DNA of 64,000 nt from Lama glama (lineage: Eukaryota): assembly GCA_028534125.1 (NCBI GenBank), contig CM052817.1:106828001-106892000 (forward strand), written 5' to 3'. How positions within the stretch are numbered: position 1 is the first letter of the stretch; every line of letters begins with the position of its first letter. The position numbers were made by a program, and so were the translations under genes. The notes beneath the pieces are model-generated. The model was not told the DNA's origin, ran no database searches, and saw only the letters and a list, made by a program, of their open reading frames with translations. Below, one piece after another: positions 38,710 to 51,011 of the stretch.

Positions 38710-39165
38710 TTGAGTCCCAGGGGTGCACCCCACCAAGTGAGAGTCCTTGGCTTCATGCAGGAAAGAAATCAAGAGTGAGTCATAGTGGAGCAAAGGTAGA
38801 TTTATTCAGAGAGGTACACACTCCATAGACAGAGTGAGGCCCTCTCAAAAGGCAAGAGGTGCGGGTTTGTTACATTTTAGGGGCTCAGTAACTTCACACG
38901 CTAACAAGTGGGAGGATTATTCTGACTACTTTGGGGAAGGGGCTGGGACCCCCAGGAACGGGGCCATCGTCCACTTTTTGACCTTTGATGGTCAGCCTTG
39001 CAACTGTCCTGGCACCTGTGGGAGGACCATTTAGCACCTCTCGTCTTTCACTGAGCGGATACTAAAGCTCAAGGCCCACTGGGAGTTGAACATCCTGCCC
39101 TCTTGATGCTAAAGGCTGCGTCGTTCTTTCAATGGTTGTGCCCTGCCCCCCTCCCTCCTGTCTCA
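38710..39165 (-). mobile_element. ERV1-like solo LTR (family C)
   Basis: Minus start TGAGACAGGAGGGAGGGGGGCAGGGCACAACC; AATAAA near 38800; U5-like TTTCTTTCCTGCATGAAGCCAAGGAC. Left end approximate. Confidence 0.8.
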
Positions 39166-39414
39166 CCAGGAGATATGTTCTATTTAAAAAAAAAAAAAAA
39201 AGGAAAGTGGATTTTCCATACGCATGTAACTGAGAGGGAGCAGGCTAGCCGAGGCCAGACCGTGGTGGGGAAAAGCTCTGGGTTTTGCTGTGATTTCTAT
39301 GTGCCATTGCATCATCTCAGCCTGCCACATTTCCATTCTTGTAACCTCAAGTGATTTTCAGCCGAAAATCCACTGGGCACACAGGCTCTTCCGTCCCTCC
39401 CTGTCCGTCCTCTC

Positions 39415-39418
39415 ACTC

Positions 39419-39474
<56 letters not shown>

Positions 39475-39478
39475 TACA
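39415..39478. repeat. (CT)n(CA)n compound microsatellite
   Basis: Seen directly. Confidence 0.95.
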
Positions 39479-39824
39479 GAGACAGAATACAGCTCAGTGC
39501 CTCTTGGCATAGATTTTGGTTCAGCTTCATTAGGCCAACCATCTGGGTCATTTCAATTGCGTTTCCAGTCCCGAAATGATTGCAGCAACTGCATCAGCCC
39601 ATCCCGCAATCCCACCTCTCTGACTCCCTCCCCACACCAGCTCCCTAAGCCCAAAACTTAGTAAAGGAAATAAAATTCATGTTTTTGGAAGATGGGAGAA
39701 TTTTCCTTTAATCCACCCGGGGTCAGACGGCCAGAGCCGCAGAGTTAATCTCCACGTTGGTCAGAGCAAATGAAAGCCCTTCTGTCGCAGAATCATTACT
39801 GAGAGCTGCGTACCCTCTCCCCGC

Positions 39825-40324
39825 NNNNNNNNNNNNNNNNNNNNNNNNNNNNNNNNNNNNNNNNNNNNNNNNNNNNNNNNNNNNNNNNNNNNNNNNNNNN
39901 NNNNNNNNNNNNNNNNNNNNNNNNNNNNNNNNNNNNNNNNNNNNNNNNNNNNNNNNNNNNNNNNNNNNNNNNNNNNNNNNNNNNNNNNNNNNNNNNNNNN
40001 NNNNNNNNNNNNNNNNNNNNNNNNNNNNNNNNNNNNNNNNNNNNNNNNNNNNNNNNNNNNNNNNNNNNNNNNNNNNNNNNNNNNNNNNNNNNNNNNNNNN
40101 NNNNNNNNNNNNNNNNNNNNNNNNNNNNNNNNNNNNNNNNNNNNNNNNNNNNNNNNNNNNNNNNNNNNNNNNNNNNNNNNNNNNNNNNNNNNNNNNNNNN
40201 NNNNNNNNNNNNNNNNNNNNNNNNNNNNNNNNNNNNNNNNNNNNNNNNNNNNNNNNNNNNNNNNNNNNNNNNNNNNNNNNNNNNNNNNNNNNNNNNNNNN
40301 NNNNNNNNNNNNNNNNNNNNNNNN
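39825..40324. other. Assembly gap (exactly 500 N)
   Basis: Run of N; the round length suggests a placeholder. Confidence 1.
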
Positions 40325-42649
40325 GTCTCCAGACCAATCCAGATGTTGGTCCTCGAAAGCTGTTGTTCTGAAAGTCCCACCTTCGGGTTCACTGGTTATG
40401 TAACCATACTCTTTCGCGGACTGAAAATAGCTTCTTGTTCATTTTATTCTCATCAGGGAGACGGAGAGCGAAGATTCAGACCGTTTGTCATCACAGCCGC
40501 CTCTCCACACGCAGGATGATGGAGCGTCGTCATGGGAACACTGCTGCAGCCTCGCCCACCTGTAGAAGCCAAGGAGGAGGAGGAATACGGTCTCCGACCA
40601 GTCAGTTCTGCCTTTCAGATCTCACGCATCTGACTCACCTCCAGGATGCTAGCTGCATCGTTGTTTAGAGAACGCACGTTTCGGCTTTCGGGTATCCAGG
40701 TGGCAGGAGCACCACAGGAAGTGTGAACAAGCTGCCCTGTGGTATCCAGCGTCACACAGCCTGTAAGCGGCGGGACCAGCATTCAAAACCAGTGTGGATT
40801 CTCGGCCCCTTTCTTTCTCCGTAATCTTTTATTGGCCTCAAACAAATGATGATCTCAGAATAAGATGATTGAATTCATGATGAGGGTTTTGATAGGTGGA
40901 AATGAGGCGGACTTAACTGGGTTCTCCAGAAAGCAGAGTCCGAGGCAGAGAAGTCGTTGTGCACCGCCACTGCTGGATTCAGGAGCAGAAGTGAGGGGCA
41001 AAAGTGGGGATGCAGGGAAGGGAGGAGAGCCAGTGTGAGAAGAGGGCTGAGCAGGTCACTGCTCAGTGCAGCTCACCGCTGCAGCCCTCGAGCAGAATGC
41101 ATCTGAGGTCGGTAGCTCATTTTGCGTTACTGGAAAGCGGGTTCTCGTCTCCCCCTTGGTCAAAGGCTCACTCGCAGGATGTGAATGCCACCACGGCTAC
41201 CCTGTCGTGTGGTAGGAAAGTGCAGGGACTGACAAGGTTGCTTGGGGTTCAGTTTCAGTGGACCTTCCATGGTGGCTCATGCGTTTGGGGCTTGACTCTG
41301 TAAGCGCTGGAGAACCACCAGATATTTTGGAAAGGAAAGCTGTGTAGTTGGGGGAGGGGGGTCTCTTCCTTCCCTAGTTGTATGATTTTCTTATGAAATC
41401 TGCATTATCCGCTCAAGGGAATATTTGTGGAAATTCTCAAGCCAGTCCTTGACAGTCATAATAGCTGAACAAATCCGTATCTCAAGAGCACTGCACTTCA
41501 CCCGTGACTCCGTCAGCCTCTCTGCATCCCGGGGGTATAAGCATTTCCGTTTCTAGAAGATAAGCATCAAACAGAACTGATGGAAGATAGGCAGTTTGGA
41601 GTGTCGGAAGCTTAAACAAGGCCAGTGCGTGAGTCTGAACTGGGAAGTTTTGTTCAAATTAAGATAACTCTCAGTTCTCTGGGGAGGGGTGGGGTGAGTT
41701 ACTGCTTCCAGGAAAAAAACAGGAGGGTAACACTTTGGTCCCCCTTGCAGACTGGGGATTACGCATTTGGAGGGTCTGACTTCCCTCCCGCCTTCTAATC
41801 TGCACAGGTCCCCGGGGGAGGGGTCAGTCCGGCATCGCTGAGCCAGTCATCCAGGGGACTAGGGCAGGCTTGCTCCTGCCTGCTGGCCTCTTAACTACCT
41901 TCAGGACAGAACAACATCAGGGTAGGTAATACATACTTTTCATCTGTACAGCAGTTTATAACACAAACCACTTGTCCAAATATTTACACATTTACTCTCC
42001 GCAACTTTCTCCAGCATTCTGATTTTCTCGCCTTAGATTTCTGCTTGCTGTCAGCGAGAACAGAGTACTTCAATTTGGCTCTGTGGCTTAAGTGGGAAAA
42101 ATAAACTGGAAAAGTCAACAGTCCTAGCAAATCATAGCCCTCACCTCAGGTTGTTGAGAAGATTTAATGAGATAATATATAAAAAACACACAGCCTAGTA
42201 CCTGGCACTATTTGCTACTATTTTTATTATCTTCACCGTTGCTGGTTTTGGAGAGTATCTTTAACCTTAGTCATAGTCGTGGTAGTAAGAGCATCTTTAT
42301 CACCATCATTGGTCCCATTATGAACCCTCTAGAACTGACCCCAAATGTTAGGAGCTAATAGGAAGGTGGTCCAATCACCTCCCAAAGGCCCCTCCTCCTA
42401 GCACCATCACACTGGCGTTAAACATCAATGTGTGAATTTGGGGGTGGGGAGGGGGGAGAGGAGGGCACAAACATTCAGGCCATAGCAGGGGAAATATACC
42501 CTCTAGCTGCCTTTCCCCAGCAGAGGAGGGGGATAAAGTCACCACCTCCAGGACTCGGGGATCAGTCATTCCAGATAAGGGCTCAGGGATCTCTTCCTAG
42601 GAACTGGAATTCTCAACTTCACTCTGTGCTGTTGTTACTTAACGATTAA

Positions 42650-42862
42650 CAGGACAGGCTTTAGGACCAGACGTCTGAGATTCAAATCCTGCTCTACCTC
42701 AGACAATTGACTTAACCTCTCAGTGCCTCAGCTTTATCTTTAAAATGAGGAAGTTAATGGTGTCTCCCTCGTGGATTGTTATAAGAATGAAATGAGTTGA
42801 TAAGCGTAAACATGCTTAGGGAAAGGCCTGCACAGAGCCAATGCAATGTAAATGTTAGCTAA
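42650..42862 (+). mobile_element. MIR
   Basis: TTCAAATCCTGCTCTACC..CTTAACCTCTCAGTGCCTCAG..AAGAATGAAATGAGTTGATAAGCGTAAA. Confidence 0.85.
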
Positions 42863-43488
42863 TATTGCCTAATATTGCCTTTTTTGGTTCCTTTTGCCTG
42901 TGGGCTTATCCAGTGTCCTCTCTCACTTCTGAACCTCACACAAACACACAAACAAGGTCCCAGTGTCTGGGCCCCAGACCTGCTGATGTAGGTTCCAGTT
43001 GTAGTGTTTTGTACTAGTACCAGGACACTTCGTTATTATTGTGCAAATTCAGCTACAAGTGGCATAATGAGGTTGCACAAGAAGCAGGGGTGAGTTTTAT
43101 CCAGATGAGCGATAAGAGTTCTGATATTAAAATAGTGTTGAATTGCACCTGCTTAACACTCCCCCAACCTTAATCGAGATTAAGATCTTGATTGGGAGAA
43201 ACAGGATGTGAAGTCAACGAGCCCACCCTCAGTGAGCCGAGGGGATTCGGAGGCAGAGGACGGGTCTCAGTTTGACAAAACAGCGGTCCTCCAAAGCGGA
43301 TCTCAGACCCACTTGCCTTTCTGTGAAAGAGAAAGCCTGTCCAGTGAATTCTGTCCTTTACTTCACTTGTACTCATGTATGCACCCTTGCTATTTTCAGA
43401 AGATGTGAAAAAAAATCAGACAAAGACTATCAAAAGACAGTTTACAGAAAGGAACTACAAATGAGCTTTAAACTTATGAAAAAATGCT

Positions 43489-44066
43489 TGTGAGAGCCAG
43501 GATTCTAAAATGACCCTACACTCCTGCTCTCTGGTGTACCCCGCCTTCCTCATCGCCTCCCCCTGAGTGCGAGCGGGAGCTGTGAATTTGACGGGAGAGA
43601 CATCCCTTTGAGTAAGTTACACTATAAAGTAGAGATGATGGATCGTCACTCCCTTGATGGCAAGAAGTGATGTCAGAATCTGTCTCAGCAGACCAAGGTG
43701 AGCCGTTCTCCTGCTGACTGTGAGTAAGTAAGCTGCCACGTACGGGCCACGTGGCACAGAACGGCAGCAGCATTGATGACCCGAGAGAGACTCCCAGCTG
43801 GAAGACAGCCAGAAAATGGTGACCTCAGCCCTACAACTGCAAGGAACTGAATTCTGCAACCTACTCACGGAGCCCAGAAGCCAAGCCTTCCCAGCTGAAC
43901 ATCCACATGAGAACGCAGCCCAGTCACCACTTCAATGGTGAGACTCTGGGCAGAGTACCTGTGCCCAGACTCCTGATCCGTGGAAACTGAGATAGCAGAC
44001 GTCTGTGTTGTTAAAACCACGACATCTGTGGTAATTTGTTATTCAACAGCAGAAGCTAATAAAACA
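43489..44066 (+). mobile_element. MLT1E-like MaLR solo LTR
   Basis: TGTGAGAGCCAGGATTCTAAAATGACCC..CTACAACTGCAAGGAACTGAATTCTGCAAC..GTGGTAATTTGTTATTCAACAGCAGAAGCTAATAAAACA. Confidence 0.85.
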
Positions 44067-44358
44067 ATCCAGGTCACTCATAAAAAGTGCACATTAAAGC
44101 TCTATCAAGATATTACTTACTCACTTGGCACTTTGGCAAAGGGAGAAAACTGAAAATGATGCTATGTGAGCAAGAGTATAGGAAACAGCTATTCTCAGAA
44201 ATTACTAGAGGCAGTTAAATTAGTGAAATTTCTGTGGACAGTGATTTTTTAAGTATCTGGCAAGATTTAAAAAAACATCCCTCTCGTCCTTCACGTCTAC
44301 TTGTAATTTACCATAGGACACATTCACAAACTTCGGGCAAGGTTAAGATACAGGCTTT

Positions 44359-44510
44359 TAAAAAAAATCTTTTTGTTCTTTTTTGGGGGGATAATTAGGT
44401 TTATGTATTTATGTGTTTATTATTATTTTTTAATGGAGGGACTGGGGATTGAACCCAGGACCTCATGCATGCTAAGCATGCACTCTACCACTGAGCTATA
44501 CCCTCCCTCC
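44359..44510 (-). mobile_element. Camelid tRNA-derived SINE (Vic-type)
   Basis: Near-consensus reverse head; TSD AAGATACAGGCTT/AAGATATAGGCTT. Confidence 0.95.
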
Positions 44511-45504
44511 AAGATATAGGCTTCTTTATTGCAGCACCATTTGCAACAGCAGAAGATTAGAATCACGTACGTATTCTTCAGTAAACACCTGGTTAGATAA
44601 TTTTGGGTACATCCATAAAACGGGTACTTTGAAGCCATTAGAAAGAATGAGAAAGTTCTTTAAGTAAGGGTATTGAAGATATTCAAGATGCATTTTGAAA
44701 GAGGAAAAAAAGGCCATGTTTAGTACAGGATGTAAAATAACAAGCTACCATTTTTGAGGAGGGGGAAAGACAGGAGACTATATGTGCTTGCATATGCATA
44801 ACTCGTGGAAGGCTTACAGGAAACTGATGGCGTGGGTGGTCTCCTAGGAAGCGGATGGGGGGAGGGCATCATCACTGCAGGAGCGGAGCGAAGAATTTTA
44901 CTATATGCTTTTTATATGCTCTAGATTTTGAATCATGTGGCAGTATGTTCAATCTATGAAAATGGAAACAACCTTGGAAAAGCAGTATGCAGACTGTCCT
45001 TCTGTCCCAGTGACTGTCGATTGGTCCCCTGGAGAAGGGGACCACACTCTTAATGAGGCTAGACATCCCAAGGGAACGCAGCCCACAAATAGTTAACCAC
45101 ACAAAGCCTTTGTTAATGAATCCAGTGGGTTTTCCTTCTAAGTAGTAAATATTTAAAAACTGTAAGCAAATGCTGCATTAAAATGGATAAGGAAATGGGC
45201 CGCTTTTCAAATACCAGCCACAGTGAATGATGGAAGCTCTTCTCCATCTCCTGAGGCAGACGAGGGCAGCCTGGGGCTGATTTGTTCCACCACCAGAGGC
45301 ACGAGCCTCCTGAGTGCTTCCCTGATGAATAGTAGGTACCATGTCCTGGTGGAGTCTGTGCCCTAAGGGGAGGTCCAGGTGTGTTTGTTCCTGAAAAAAC
45401 GAAGATGGAGAATTCATAAAGCTTTACTGAATCGGTTTTCAGAGACAGAACCATCCATTGTGTTGCACAGAGTGAGAGAAAGCTTTTTAGAAATTTAGAG
45501 AATG

Positions 45505-45633
45505 TGTGGGAGGGTATAGCTCAGAGGTAGAGAGCATGCTTATCATGCACGAGGTCCTGGGTTCAATCCCCAGTACTTCCATTTAAAAAAAAGAAAAAGA
45601 ACTAAAAATAAATAAAATAGAAAGAAAATTAAA
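45505..45633 (+). mobile_element. Camelid tRNA-derived SINE (Vic-type)
   Basis: GGGAGGGTATAGCTCAGAGGTAGAG..; TSD AAATTTAGAGAATG on both sides. Confidence 0.95.
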
Positions 45634-45818
45634 ACAAATTTAGAGAATGAATCAAATGTTGTTTGTTAAATGCAGGAAACAGAGCCTGAGGCACCTCGGT
45701 GACTCACTCCAAGGTGAAGATCAAGATGTCAACACAGGATTTTCCATGGAAGTGTGCACCTTGCGTTGCAGTTTACCCAAGTCAAGGATGTGATATGTCA
45801 GGCCTGGGGGGCTTGCTC

Positions 45819-45859
45819 TGCATGTATATGTGTGTGTGTGTGTGCGCGCGCGCGCGCAT
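45819..45859. repeat. Alternating purine-pyrimidine tract (TG)n(CG)6
   Basis: 41 bp of uninterrupted alternation, seen directly. Confidence 0.9.
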
Positions 45860-46049
45860 CTGTGTGTATGAGACAGAGAAGTCAGCAAATTATAATTCTA
45901 TCCCAATGGAGAGGGGTTGATAGTACTTGGAATGATCAGATCTTTAAGACAGCAGTCACACCATAGCCACATGAGACCTGAAACCTGAAATACAACACAG
46001 AATAAATAATTAGATATATATATTACTTTAATATGAAAATAGATGTCTT

Positions 46050-46712
46050 TGTACAAATGGCCAATAGGCATAGGAAAAAAATACTCAGTATCGCTAATTA
46101 CCAGAAAAATGCAAATCAAAACTAGATTGACGTATCACTGCACACCAGTCAGAATGGCCATCATTCAAAAAGTCCACAAGAGATAAATGCTGGAGAGGGT
46201 GTGCAGAAAAGGGAATTCTCCTACACTGCTGGTGGGAATGCAGTTTGGTGCAGCCATTGTGGAAAACAGTATGGAGATTCCTTTAAAAGCTGAAAATAGA
46301 CTTACTCTATGATCCAGCAATCCCACTACTGGGCATATATCCAGAGGGAACTCTCATTCGAAAATATACATGCACCCCAAGGTTCTAGCAGCACTATTTA
46401 CAATAGCCAAGACATGGAAACAGCCTAAATGTCCATCAACAGATGGCTGGGTAAAGAAGTTGCATATTTATACAATGGAATACTACTCAGCCATAAACAA
46501 GAATAAAATAATGCCATTTGCAGTAACATGGATGGACCTGGAGATTGTCATACTAAGTGAAGTAAGCCAGACAAAGAAAGAAAAATACCATACGATATCA
46601 CTCATACGTGAAATCTAAAAAAGGAAAAAAGAAGACACTAACGAACTCATCTACAAAACAGAAACACACTCACAGACATAGAAAACAAACTTATGGCTAC
46701 AGGATGGGGAAT
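46050..46712 (+). mobile_element. L1 ORF2 C-terminus and 3' UTR fragment, lacking 3' end
   Basis: ORF 46370 ..[34 protein letters not shown].. matches the L1 ORF2 C-terminus. Confidence 0.95.
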
Positions 46713-46999
46713 GTATGCTATACGGTCTGTGTAGATGTTTTACCTCCTTAATTTGGTTTTAGGTATCCTCTCTGTCATCAAAGTGACACAGTTATTCTTT
46801 TTTCAGTGATGTCTGAGTTATGCTGGCATTGGTCATTGTAATCGTTCTCGTTTTCACGAACTGAATCCCTAAAAAACACAATCACAATGTTCACGATTTT
46901 AAAAATTAAACTTGCTCAGTCTCCATACGAAGCACAGTTAATTCAAAATTGGAGATGGACTGTTAACGTGCTCAATTACAACACACTTAAGGTGCACAC

Positions 47000-47393
47000 T
47001 GTCAAAAAGAAACCAAGCCAGACACAAGTGAAAGGTAAGACAGATTGTATTCAGTAATCCTACAATAGGGGAGAGAACTCAGTCTCAGTCAAGCTCAGCG
47101 CTGCTGAAACGAAGGACAGGAGGCTTCTGAAATACTGGGATATGCTAAAGGAAGAGCTGTGAAGGTTTGTAAGGGGGCAGTCGATGTGATTAGCCATCTG
47201 TCTGCTTATCAAAGTTAGGCACCTACCCTCTGCAGAGACTGGGAGGCACTGGTTCCTTGGATTGTAAAAGATATAGGAAAGGAAGAGTTTACAATTGCAA
47301 GTTTTCTTCCTTCCTCCCTTCCTCCCTTCCTCCCTTCCTTCCTTCCTTCCTTCCTTCCTTCCTTCCTTCCTTCCTTCCTCCCTCCCTCCCTCC

Positions 47394-47460
<67 letters not shown>

Positions 47461-47849
47461 TTTCTTTCTTTTCTTTTTCTTTCTTCCTTTCTTCCTTTCT
47501 TTCTTTCTTCCTTTCTTTCTTTCTTTCTTTTTTTTTAAGGAAATGTTTCTAAGGGAGGTCCAGGGTCTGTAGGAGGCACTGGCTGGAATAGACAGCCAAT
47601 TCTCTTGGCAGTGCTGAGCTTTCTAAGACAGATTCTTAAGGCAGCTGGAGGCATCATCGTGTTAGGGATGTGACCTCAAGCTGCTAGAAACGAGACTTGT
47701 GTCTGTCCAAATCTCTTAGTGGGGGGAGTGGGTGAAATCACTTGTGCTGAGAGTTGGCGGTTCTCTTGTGCCAAGGTTGAGGGCTGAGCCCTAGAAGAGG
47801 GCTCAGAGGAGCCAAGCGAAAGCTTGGTCAAGGAGAGTCTATGTTGACA
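47000..47849 (-). mobile_element. MER31/MER67-like ERV1 LTR containing a microsatellite
   Basis: Minus start TGTCAACATAGACTCTCCTTGACCAAGCTTT..GGCTCCTCTGAGCCCTCTTCT; ends TTTCTTTTTGACA. Confidence 0.75.
47302..47536. repeat. (TTCC)n(TTTC)n polypyrimidine tract, ~235 bp
   Basis: Seen directly; explains the low-complexity ORFs at 47257 and 47295. Confidence 0.98.
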
Positions 47850-48177
47850 CTTAGATTTGCATCACCTGCGATGACACAATTATGAAGGCTGCATTGTGTA
47901 CCACAAATCATGACTATGACAGAAGTTATGGGATAATCTCTGCTATGTCTGCTTAACACTGAAATTATGTTGTTTTCAGTCCCTATTTGGGGGGAGGGGT
48001 TGTGCCTGCAAACCCACGTGGGTTTTGTGCTTTTTTCTCAATGTGCCACACCCACTGCAGAAAGCCAGGACTTTTGCATCCCAGGGAGGGGTTCCCGGGA
48101 ATCGGAGTGGCCAGGCTACAGCCAGAACCATCCCAGGTAAACTGGGATGGTTAGTTACCCTCAGAACTCCCCCTTTC

Positions 48178-48272
48178 GGGGAGACTGCCAAGATGGCGGA
48201 CTAGAAGGACCACTAGCTCACCCTCTCCAACGAATACACCAGAAACTACATCTACCTATGAAACAATCCGCA
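48178..48272 (+). mobile_element. Isolated L1 5'-end fragment with YY1 site
   Basis: GGGGAGACTGCCAAGATGGCGGACTAGAAGGAC..GCTCACC resembles an L1 5' terminus; flanked by a 13/16 direct repeat. Confidence 0.65.
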
Positions 48273-50819
48273 CAGAATTCCAACTTTCATCACAAGTCAA
48301 GAGGAACTGGTGTCAGTTGGGATCCTCAGTGATCCAGTATCTGCCGTGGAAAGTACACAGATTAACAGAGTGAGGAGGAGGGGCTGGTGCCCTCTGAGAA
48401 GACATCCAGGCAGAGAACAGGAAGTCATTAACCACGAAGCGCCTGGCAGGAGCAGAGACATCAGCTGGGTCCTGGGAACTGCTGGGGACAAATCCCAAGA
48501 GACGGAGTTGAGGAGGGACCAGGAGAAAAAGAACAAGCATTGAACTTGGGCCAAAGCCAGAGGAAACCAGCACCAGATCAGAGTCTAGACCTTTCCCCTC
48601 GCCCCGTCTCCCGACCATGTCCCCTTCCCACAACAAGGAGGACTCGTTTAATGTCATTAGAATTGATACTTTACTGCAACGGGGTTTTAATTTTAATTAC
48701 TGACTAGCGAGCATTTCCTTCCTGGAGTGTGAGCAGACAAGTTGTGAGACTTGCCCTAAGTTTCTCTCAGTCCTACTTCCATGGACTAAATTCCCATTAA
48801 CAATGAAAAACCAAAATAAATTTGCTTTTTAATGTTGTCCCCAGGAAGGCTGCAGAAATGACAGAGAAAGGATGACTTGTAAAAGGGAGAGGACAAGTCA
48901 GAGGTTATCCCTCTATAACGAAGCCCATGATGTCACGTTCGTAATTCATTCAACAATGGTTTGATAAACGCCAGCAGTCTAAGTCAAGCACACTCAGACA
49001 ACAGCCGGGAGTATAAAGGTGAAAAACACCGCTCTCGAGGACCTTAAGGGTAGGCGGGCGACATGCACATACCATAATCCTTTCTAGCAGTGGTTCTGGG
49101 AGGGCTGGTTTCACACCGTCTGTCCCCAGGTTTAAATTCCTCATCACTCACATTGTCCAACCCCGATCCCTGCTTCTCAGGAGGGCAAGGCTGAGCAGAA
49201 GCGCAGGGAGATTGGTCTATACTTAACTCTCTCAATACGCGAACAAGCCCAGAAAGCATGCCCTTGGGCACTACAATAACTCGCAAGGAATTTAGCATTT
49301 GGCCGAGACTTGCAAGAGCAAAAGAAGAATGCAAGAGCCCAGGACATTACATTTCAAGCCAGCAGGGGTCAGCCTGGAAAATCTCAACTGAAGCACATTT
49401 CGCATAAAACAAAACCTGTGGCTTCAGCTGATCATCAAGCCAACAGCAAGGTTTCCTGATTGATGAAAGAGGATGATTCTAGAGCAGACTGTTAGACTAA
49501 TGAAATGGGCTCTTCTTGTATTTTTTATTTTGTTGTGAATTTTTAAAATTTCATTGAGATATAATTGATGTTATAATTTTAAATTTAAAAAATTCACACA
49601 GAAGAGATTCAACTTGTCTGCTTTGAAGAAATATCTTCAAGATTATGAAAGGTTAAAAAAAAAAACAATGATCTAAAAAGATAGATCCTCCGTAAAATTC
49701 TGGACTAATCCACTTTTAATGCTATTTTAGTTGTTTTCCCTTAAGCTTCTGTATTCGAATAGAATCTTGCCAAATAAAAAGTTACCAGGTACTCTGCTTC
49801 TTAGAACCACAGACTACATACCCACTAAGAGTAGGTAGCTTGTTATATTTCCAACCACAAAATTCCTTGGATTTTCTTGACAATTATATTTTCACCCTCT
49901 TTGGAAAGAGCCCAGACCAAAAATTCTTAGAGCCAGAATTACCTCATTAATTTAAGATAGCATTTGGGGCGTTTGACTATTGCTTTTTCTTTTTTTATAA
50001 AACATAAATCTTCAGAAACTGTTTCCACATGTGATGATTTTTTTTTCATTTTAGTTTGCGTCAAATAATGGGAGTCACGTGATGCCTCCAAGTTCATAGT
50101 ACTGTGTCGTTATTGAAATAACCAGTCTGGTTGAGACTATTTTCTGACACTGCCCAATAATGCGGCCAAAAATAGTCCAGCCATGGACCAAGATAATCCC
50201 TGTTGTTACTAATACTTAATACTCCAAAAAGAGTACTGGACTTTCAAGAATCCTCAAACCTCTTTGGCTTCAAGGCTCTAAACCTAATTCAACTTTCTAG
50301 TGTGCAAAGAAAAAAGATTCTGAACTCGTGAATTATCAGTGCTCAAGGTATAAAATGTCAAAAACAGCTCAGTGCAGTGTATTAACAGGTGTCATGCAAC
50401 TAATCTAAATGATTATATTATTTGCTCTCAAAGTATTTATTGATCATCTGCTGTAAGCAAAGAATTACATGGAAGAGTTTCAATGGAGAGTGAGATTATG
50501 AAAAGGATACAGTCCCAGTTGTTACAGTTCAGTGAGGGAGACAGACAAGCATATATAATTAGAATAGGAAACACCCACAGTTTGCACTGCAGCAGAAGAG
50601 CTATGAATCCAGAAATTGGAATAGTGCCGGTTACAGCAGAAACCAGCTGTATAACAGTGACCCTAACTCAGCGATGCTCTGTGACACGGTTCCCTAAGAC
50701 ATAAAACAGATGTGGTATGGGCTGGTCCAGTGGCCTCCAAATATTTTGAATTGCATATATTCATCAATAAAAATTGTGTAATCATACCTCCAATATTTAT
50801 GTACAATGATGTTCACGTG

Positions 50820-50945
50820 GTATATTTATTAGCTTGGGAGGCTTTTTAAAAAGTTACCAAAGCCAGGATCCCCACAAAGCTAATTATATCAAAGCATCTG
50901 GGAATCGGGTGTACACATAGGTATTTTGAACGTAGCCCAAGGCTA
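50820..50945. mobile_element. MER5-like hAT MITE fragment
   Basis: GGGAGGCTTTTTAAAAAGTTACCAAAGCCAGGATCCCCAC..AAAGCATCTGGGA..GGTATTTT. Confidence 0.55.
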
Positions 50946-51011
50946 GAAGAAGACACAGGTGCACAAAGAAGAAATACTAGGATAGATTTTCAAATCTGTT
51001 ATGTGTGCTGT

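Larger units (their letters stand above)
43400..44965 (+). mobile_element. Ancient L1 (L1ME-like) 3' region interrupted by an MLT1 LTR and a SINE
   Basis: AAACTTATGAAAAAATGCT|..AAAGTGCACATTAAA..TTTATTGCAGCACCATTTG..GGTACATCCATAAAACGGGTAC..GAAGCCATTAGAAAGAATGAG. Confidence 0.7.

Noticed and set aside
39723..40392. ~200-aa ORFs
   Set aside because: Artefacts of translating through the N gap.
47257..47552. F/L/S/P-rich ORFs
   Set aside because: Translation of a pyrimidine microsatellite.
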